A DNA stretch of 64,000 nucleotides from Gemmatimonadota bacterium (GTDB lineage Bacteria; Gemmatimonadota; Gemmatimonadetes; Longimicrobiales; Gaopeijiaceae). Positions within the stretch are counted from its first letter, which is position 1; each line of letters starts with the position of its first letter. Position numbers and translations under genes: made by a program. Positions 58,575 to 64,000 of the stretch are shown piece by piece. The notes beneath the pieces are model-generated. The model was not told the DNA's origin, ran no database searches, and saw nothing but the letters and a program-made list of their open reading frames with translations. The DNA is taken from NCBI GenBank assembly GCA_039589315.1, contig JBDHHQ010000013.1, forward strand, positions 147,125 to 211,124, written 5' to 3'.

Positions 58575-58844
58575 GGGAAGCGGGGTCTCGGGGTGACGAC
58601 GGGTGAACGTGCGTCAAACTACGGTGACGCCCCGCTCCGGCAATGCCGACCGCTTCCCCGCCGCTCTACCGGGGACGCACTACAATGGCACCTCGGGGTA
58701 TGGGGCCCGATTGGCCGTCCTCCATTCCGATCGCCCTGAAACGACCATGGCCCAACGCCCCGTTACGAGTCGCAACCGACCCCTGCTGGCCTGCGACTGC
58801 GGCGAAACACCCGGCGGGGACCCGGAGTTCCGGTGGGGTCGCGA

Positions 58845-60056
58845 ATGAGCCAAGCTGACGTTCTCACCGCGGTCCTTCTCTCCCTGCCCTGGGTCCTGTT
58901 CGGGCTCTACGCGGCGCTGCTCGTGCACAGGCCTCGGCCCCTCGCCCCCCCCAGCCCCGGTGCGACGGGGTCCCCATCGGCCGGTCAGCACCCCACCACG
59001 CCGGTCTCCATCATCGTACCTGCCCGGAACGAGGCGCGGAACATCGAGACCTGCCTAGAGTCCCTGGCGGCGCTGGAGTACCCCGATTTCGAGATCGTCG
59101 TCGTGGACGACCGCAGCGACGATCAGACGGCCGAGCTCGCCCGAGGCGTGGCGCGTGTCAACGCTCGAGATTTGCGCGTGGTCGAGGGCACGCCGCTACC
59201 GCGGGGCTGGTTCGGAAAGCCGTGGGCCTGCGCACGGGGCGCACAGGAGGCGAGGAACGAGCTTCTCCTGTTCACGGACGCGGACACGCTACACTCACCC
59301 GACCTGCTGAGCGCCGCGGTCGAGGCCCTGCAGGAGGATCGAGCAGACGCAGTGACGCTGGTGGGAAGCCAGATCCTGGACAGCTTCTGGGAGCGGCTCG
59401 TGCAGCCCCACTTCTTCTTCGCCCTTGCGCTCCGCTATCGCGATCCCCGACGGCCGTTGCCACCGGACCGAGCCCGAGACGCTATCGCGAACGGGCAGTA
59501 CGTCCTCGTGCGCCGGTCCAGCTACGCGAGAGTCGGCGGCCACGGTGCCGTCCGTAACGAGGTCGTGGAGGACCTGCGGCTGGCCCAGATCCTGGTGGCC
59601 GCCGGGCAGCGGCTGAGCGTGCGCGAGGCTCCGAATCGACTGAGAACCCGCATGTACGCCTCCCTCCGCGAGATCGTCGAGGGCTGGTCGAAGAACACTG
59701 CGACGGCGGCCCGTCAGACCTTTGGCGGCGCGCTGGGTCGGGTCGCGCTGCCTGTCGCCGTGGCGCTCATGCTCGGCTTGTGGGTGGCGCCGCCCCTGAT
59801 CCTCACGGTCGTTCTTTGGACAGCCGGTGCCGCGTCGCTGCTACTCTGGGGCACGCTCGTCACTGCAATGTCCGCGATCCTATGGAGCGCCGTGTCCTGG
59901 GTCATGGGGGCTCCGATCCGGTACGGCCTCCTCTACCCCCTGGGAGCCGCCGTCACCGCCTGGATCCTGGTGCGCAGCTGGGTCCGGGGAGACCGCATCC
60001 GGTGGAAGGGACGCCTCTACGAATCTCCGACCGGTTCGTCTACGGCTTCCCACTGA
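58845..60056 (+). CDS. Glycosyltransferase family 2 (carotenoid/hopanoid glycosyltransferase-like)
   Basis: VPARNE, VDDRSDD, GWFGKPWAC, FTDAD, ANGQ, VEDL, RMY...GWSKN, C-terminal WKGR. Confidence 0.88.
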   Translation: MSQADVLTAVLLSLPWVLFGLYAALLVHRPRPLAPPSPGATGSPSAGQHPTTPVSIIVPARNEARNIETCLESLAALEYPDFEIVVVDDRSDDQTAELARGVARVNARDLRVVEGTPLPRGWFGKPWACARGAQEARNELLLFTDADTLHSPDLLSAAVEALQEDRADAVTLVGSQILDSFWERLVQPHFFFALALRYRDPRRPLPPDRARDAIANGQYVLVRRSSYARVGGHGAVRNEVVEDLRLAQILVAAGQRLSVREAPNRLRTRMYASLREIVEGWSKNTATAARQTFGGALGRVALPVAVALMLGLWVAPPLILTVVLWTAGAASLLLWGTLVTAMSAILWSAVSWVMGAPIRYGLLYPLGAAVTAWILVRSWVRGDRIRWKGRLYESPTGSSTASH

Positions 60057-60143
60057 TCCGTACGGCCATGCGGCGGCACGCGGCCTGACCGATTCGTCCG
60101 CGCCTGTCCGTCCCGTTCACCGCACCCGGAAGGCTGCCCGCCT

Positions 60144-60363
60144 CAGGTCGAAGCGTTCGTCGAGGGCAGTGTTCGTCGCTCCGGCGACCGGCTGCGAGTG
60201 ACCGCACAGCTCGTGGATGCCCAGACCGGGTTCCGGCTCTGGAGCGAGAACTTTGGGCGGCCCGAGGACGCCATGACGGCCGTGCGGGGTGGTGCCTGAT
60301 CTGGCGCCCCTGCGCAGCGATCCGCGCTACGACGCGCTGCTCGGACGAATGAGGTTGCGCTGA
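60144..60363 (+). pseudogene. Internally deleted, frameshifted remnant of a TolB-like/TPR protein
   Basis: VEGSVRRSGDRLRVTAQLVDAQTGFRLWSE followed, in a shifted frame, by the typical C-terminus PDLAPLRSDPRYDALLGRM. Confidence 0.75.
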
Positions 60364-60426
60364 TCCGGCATGCCACCAGGGAGGGTCCTCAGTCACCTGG
60401 TCGGAGAAAGAGCGCCTGCGGTCAGC

Positions 60427-61587
60427 TCAGGGGTTCAGAGCGAGCTCGATCTCACTGCCTGGAAACGGATCCGATTCCGCGGTTAGACGGGAGGACAACA
60501 CCCGAAGCGCGTCTTGCGATCCGATGCGACCGAGCGCCCACGCCGCGTGCCCCCGCACCAGCGGCTGTGGATCCTCGAGGGCCCGAACCAGCACGGACAC
60601 AGCCTCCTGGGCTCCCCAGTTGCCGAGCGCCACGCACACGTTGCGAAGCATCCCCTTTCGACGCGGGCGGGCCAGCGGCGAGTCCTCGAACTCGCGTTGG
60701 TACTGCTTTTCGGACATGGCAAGGAGGCGCTCGGCAAGCTCGATGAGGAGCGGGCCATCGAGATCCGCCCGGGGCGAGTAGGCCGGCTCGGTGGCTGGAC
60801 CGGCGAACCTCTCGTTCCACGGACACACTTCCTGACAGATGTCACAGCCGAAGACGCGGTTCCCCATGGGACGGCGAAGCTCCTCCGGAATCGGCCCCCG
60901 GTGCTCGATGGTCAGGTAGGAGATGCAACGTCGGGCATCCATGACCGGTGCGCCGTCGGCCCCTCGGCCGAGGAGAGCCTCCGTCGGACAGGCGCTCAGA
61001 CAGCGGGTGCACGTGCCGCAGTGGTCCGTTGTGAAGGGTGGATCGAAGGGAAGGGGCAGGTCGAGGAGCAGGACGCCCAGGAAGAAGTAGGATCCATGCC
61101 GAGGGTGAATCAGCATGGTGTTCTTCCCGAACCAGCCGAGCCCGGCCCGCTGTCCGAGCTCCCGCTCCAGCAGGGGTCCAGTGTCCACGTAGGTCCGACC
61201 GACCACGGTCGTACCGGCCTGGGCTCGCAGCCAGCGCAGAAGGGCGTGCAGCTTGGTGACCATCACCGCATGGTAGTCACCCCCCCGGGCGTACCGGGCC
61301 ACGACCGCGCGGGCCGGGTCCTCCGGGACCCACTCCCGATCGCCTGCTGGATAGCCCTGGGCGACCACCACGGCGGACCGAACGCCCTCCAGCGTCAGCG
61401 CCAGGTTCTCTCTTCGGGCCACCGCGTCGGGCCTCGCCAGATAGGTCATCTCGCCGTGGGCGCCGTCGCCCAGCCAGCGTCGGTAGCGCTCGATGTGGTC
61501 GCTGGACCTCGGATCGGCGATTCCGATCCGGTCGAAGCCCATCTCTCGCGCCTGGGCCTTCAGACGCTCTGCCAGATTGGTCGTCAC
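60427..61587 (-). CDS. queG: tRNA epoxyqueuosine(34) reductase QueG
   Basis: ARYARGGDYH, VDTGPLLER, GWFGKNT, CGTCTRCLSACPT, RCISYLTIE, GCDICQEVCPWN, HEAT repeats. Confidence 0.96.
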   Translation of the reverse strand: MTTNLAERLKAQAREMGFDRIGIADPRSSDHIERYRRWLGDGAHGEMTYLARPDAVARRENLALTLEGVRSAVVVAQGYPAGDREWVPEDPARAVVARYARGGDYHAVMVTKLHALLRWLRAQAGTTVVGRTYVDTGPLLERELGQRAGLGWFGKNTMLIHPRHGSYFFLGVLLLDLPLPFDPPFTTDHCGTCTRCLSACPTEALLGRGADGAPVMDARRCISYLTIEHRGPIPEELRRPMGNRVFGCDICQEVCPWNERFAGPATEPAYSPRADLDGPLLIELAERLLAMSEKQYQREFEDSPLARPRRKGMLRNVCVALGNWGAQEAVSVLVRALEDPQPLVRGHAAWALGRIGSQDALRVLSSRLTAESDPFPGSEIELALNP

Positions 61588-61817
61588 GAGTCCATCTTAC
61601 CAGGAGTGTGGCCGGTGGGCCGTCGGGAACCACGACAAACTACCGGCCTCTCCGTGTGCTCGCAGGCCGTGCTCACGCCTGGCGGCGCCGGGCCCCGCTC
61701 CCTACCGTGGCGGCGGCCGTACTCCACGCCGTCCGATCCGCCCTTCACGGGGCTGGCGTCCCGATGGGTGATCGAGGCGGTTCGGCAGGCTTCCTTGCCC
61801 CATCGGCGCGACAAGTC

Positions 61818-62945
61818 ATGAGCGATCCTTTCCGTCGTTTCGAATTCCCGATCCTGGAAGAGCGCATCTACCTGAACTCGTGCTCCCTCGGGGCCCTCTC
61901 CCATCGGGCCGAGTCTCACCTGCGGGAGTTCCTGGACCGGTGGCACGCCATGGGCGCCTCCGCCTGGTACGAGCATTGGCTCGGCCGCGTGGAGGATCTC
62001 AGGTCCCGGGTCGCCCGCCTGCACGGCGGCGAGGCCGCCCAGATGGCGTTGATGCCCTCCACGTCGGTAGCCCTGGCCACGGTGGCCGAGAGCGTGCCCC
62101 GGGAGGGCCGGAACCGGATCGTCTGCACCGAGTTGGATTTCCCCACCCTGGTGTACCAATGGCACGTGCGGCCGGACCTGGAGCTCGTGGTGCTGCCGAG
62201 CCCCGACGGCGTTCGTATCGACCCCGCACAGTTCGAGGCGGCGGTGGACGAGCGCACCTTGTTCCTCGCCACCAGCCACGTCTTCTTCGCCACCGGGTTC
62301 GTCCAGGATCTCCCGACCCTCGCCGACATCGCCCGTCGATCCGGTGCCATGACCCTCATCGACGGCTACCAGGGGGCAGGACAGGTCGAGCTCGACCTGC
62401 CGGCTTGGGGGGTGGATTTCTACACGTCCGGCCCCCTCAAATGGTTGTGCGGGGGGCCGGGGCTGGCCTACCTCTACGTGCGGGCGCCCCTCGTCACCCG
62501 GCTCCAGCCTCGGCTCACGAGCTGGTTCGCGCACCGGCGGCAATTCGACTTCGACGTGACCCGTTTCGAGTACCGAGACGACGCCCGGCGCTTCGAGATG
62601 GGCACACCCGCCCTACCCACCGTCCACACGGCCCTGGGCGGACAGGAGATCCTGGACGAGGTTGGCATGCCGTCCGTGGTGGCGCGGAACGCCGAGTTGA
62701 CGGCCCACCTGATCGAGGCTGCCAGCGCCGCGGGTCTCGATCTGAGCGTTGCGAGCGACCCGGCACGGCGCTCCGCCATCGTCACGGTGCGGCACGACGA
62801 ACCCGCGGCGGCCGTCCGTCACCTCGCCGCGCATGGGATCATCGTCGACTACCGACCGGGCCACGTGCGGGTGAGCCCGCACTTCTACAACACCGCCGAT
62901 GAAGTGGAGCGGTGCGTCGAGGTGCTGGCAGCGTTCCCCGGCTGA
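61818..62945 (+). CDS. Class V PLP-dependent aminotransferase (kynureninase/cysteine desulfurase-like)
   Basis: YLNSCSLG, DFPT, DGYQGAG, LKWLCGGPG (PLP Lys), RFEMGTP, RVSPHFYN. Confidence 0.9.
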   Translation: MSDPFRRFEFPILEERIYLNSCSLGALSHRAESHLREFLDRWHAMGASAWYEHWLGRVEDLRSRVARLHGGEAAQMALMPSTSVALATVAESVPREGRNRIVCTELDFPTLVYQWHVRPDLELVVLPSPDGVRIDPAQFEAAVDERTLFLATSHVFFATGFVQDLPTLADIARRSGAMTLIDGYQGAGQVELDLPAWGVDFYTSGPLKWLCGGPGLAYLYVRAPLVTRLQPRLTSWFAHRRQFDFDVTRFEYRDDARRFEMGTPALPTVHTALGGQEILDEVGMPSVVARNAELTAHLIEAASAAGLDLSVASDPARRSAIVTVRHDEPAAAVRHLAAHGIIVDYRPGHVRVSPHFYNTADEVERCVEVLAAFPG

Positions 62946-62949
62946 GGGA

Positions 62950-63276
62950 TCAGGCCTTAGGCTGTTTCAGCTCCCAGCGCTCGCCGTCGCGGGTGCGGTA
63001 CTTGTCCAGCACCCGCTCGAGCGCCTCGTCCAGGTCGATCCCTTGCTCGTTCGCGAGGCAGATCAGCACGAACAAGATGTCGGCGAGCTCGATGGCCAGG
63101 TCCTGCTCGGGCTCGCCTGGCTTCTTCGGCTTGCTGCCGAACCGGTGGTTGATCTCCCTCGCAAGCTCACCCACCTCCTCCACGAGGCGGGCCAGCATGG
63201 CCAGCGGAGGCCAGTAGCCCTCCTCGAACTGGGAGATCCAAGCGTCGACGCTCAGCTGGGCTTTCTTCAGGTCCAT
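62950..63276 (-). CDS. MazG-like nucleotide pyrophosphohydrolase (YpjD-like)
   Basis: EEVGELARE, ELADILFVLICLAN, KYRTRD. Confidence 0.92.
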   Translation of the reverse strand: MDLKKAQLSVDAWISQFEEGYWPPLAMLARLVEEVGELAREINHRFGSKPKKPGEPEQDLAIELADILFVLICLANEQGIDLDEALERVLDKYRTRDGERWELKQPKA

Positions 63277-63407
63277 GGTCGGGGAACCGAGTCTGGGCAG
63301 CGCACCGTGTCAACCGCAGCCGGCGTCTCGCGGTGGAGCTTGGCCCTGCCGATGACATGGGAACGGCTCCCCTGCGTATCTCTCGTGTTCCCCGTAGGAG
63401 GAGGCGC

Positions 63408-64000
63408 GTGACTCGCAGGACAAGCCCCGACGGAACCCTGGCCCTGACGCTGGCCCTCGCCCTGCCGGCGTGCGCCGACCAGTCGGAGCCGGCCGGACCC
63501 GGTGGACCCGTGACCCCGGATCCGCCTCCGGTGGACACCATGCCCCCACCCGAGGGCCTGGAGCTCGAAGCGGCCCTGTTCCTGACCGGGCTGGAGGCCC
63601 CCGTCTTGCTCACTCACGCCCCCGGCGACGGTCGGCTGTTCGTCGTGGAGCAAGCTGGCCGCGTTCTGGTGGCCACCGCCGACGGCCAGCTCACGGGCGG
63701 CCCCTACCTCGACCTCACCGGCGAGGTGAGCTTCCAGGGCGAGCGCGGTCTGCTGGGATTGGCGTTTCACCCTTCGTTCCAGCAAAACCGTCGGCTCTTC
63801 GTCTCTTTTACGGACCGAGCCGGTACGTCGAGAGTGCGCCGTTTCACCGAGGCCGCATCGGGTGATCGGGCGGATCCAAGCTCCGGTATCGACATCCTCA
63901 GCCAGTCCCAGCCGTTCTCGAACCACAATGGCGGACATCTGGCCTTCGGGCCCGATGGCATGCTCTACCTCGGCCTCGGCGACGGGGGCTCCGGCGGCGA
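63408..64000 (+). CDS. PQQ-dependent glucose/sorbosone dehydrogenase lipoprotein (3' end truncated by window)
   Basis: GGAGG RBS + GTG, lipobox LPAC, GDGRLFVVEQ, GERGLLGLAFHP, NHNGGHLAFGPDGMLYLGLGDGG. Confidence 0.9.
   Translation, partial: MTRRTSPDGTLALTLALALPACADQSEPAGPGGPVTPDPPPVDTMPPPEGLELEAALFLTGLEAPVLLTHAPGDGRLFVVEQAGRVLVATADGQLTGGPYLDLTGEVSFQGERGLLGLAFHPSFQQNRRLFVSFTDRAGTSRVRRFTEAASGDRADPSSGIDILSQSQPFSNHNGGHLAFGPDGMLYLGLGDGGSGG

Noticed and set aside
1..64000. CRISPR arrays, tRNA/rRNA genes, transposases, integrases, phage or defence genes
   Set aside because: No regularly spaced direct repeats, tRNA T-loop/cloverleaf signatures or such protein motifs were recognised by eye; the repeats found are all coding

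Overview
A very GC-rich, gene-dense bacterial chromosomal segment with about 47 protein-coding genes. The gene content suggests a Gemmatimonadota-like diderm (inference): many lipoproteins, Vps10/BNR hydrolases, a carboxypeptidase-domain TonB receptor and a TolB-like/TPR remnant. No rRNA, tRNA, CRISPR array or transposase was recognised. In order, the window holds: (1) a DUF4159-MoxR-DUF58-BatA/vWA-DUF4175-like operon; (2) a FN3-repeat metzincin lipoprotein; (3) a ~13 kb cluster of a TonB-dependent receptor, a YnjBCD-like ABC importer, an FGGY kinase, a radical SAM enzyme and a YnjF-like CDP-alcohol phosphotransferase, with a periplasmic TlpA/3-Cys/His-rich trio downstream; (4) ettA, mscL and copCD; (5) exported hydrolases, a 29-aa tandem-repeat protein and a candidate 120-nt structured RNA; (6) a lipoate ligase, AlaX-CadD and a Tat-exported PaoABC-like molybdoenzyme; (7) an exported amide-hydrolase group with an AT-rich operator and a decayed GntR-like remnant; (8) GT2, queG, a class V PLP enzyme, a MazG-like protein and a truncated PQQ sugar dehydrogenase. 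Cluster (3) is the best candidate for an undescribed import-phosphorylate-modify-lipidate pathway. All functional calls come from motifs recognised by eye, not from database searches.
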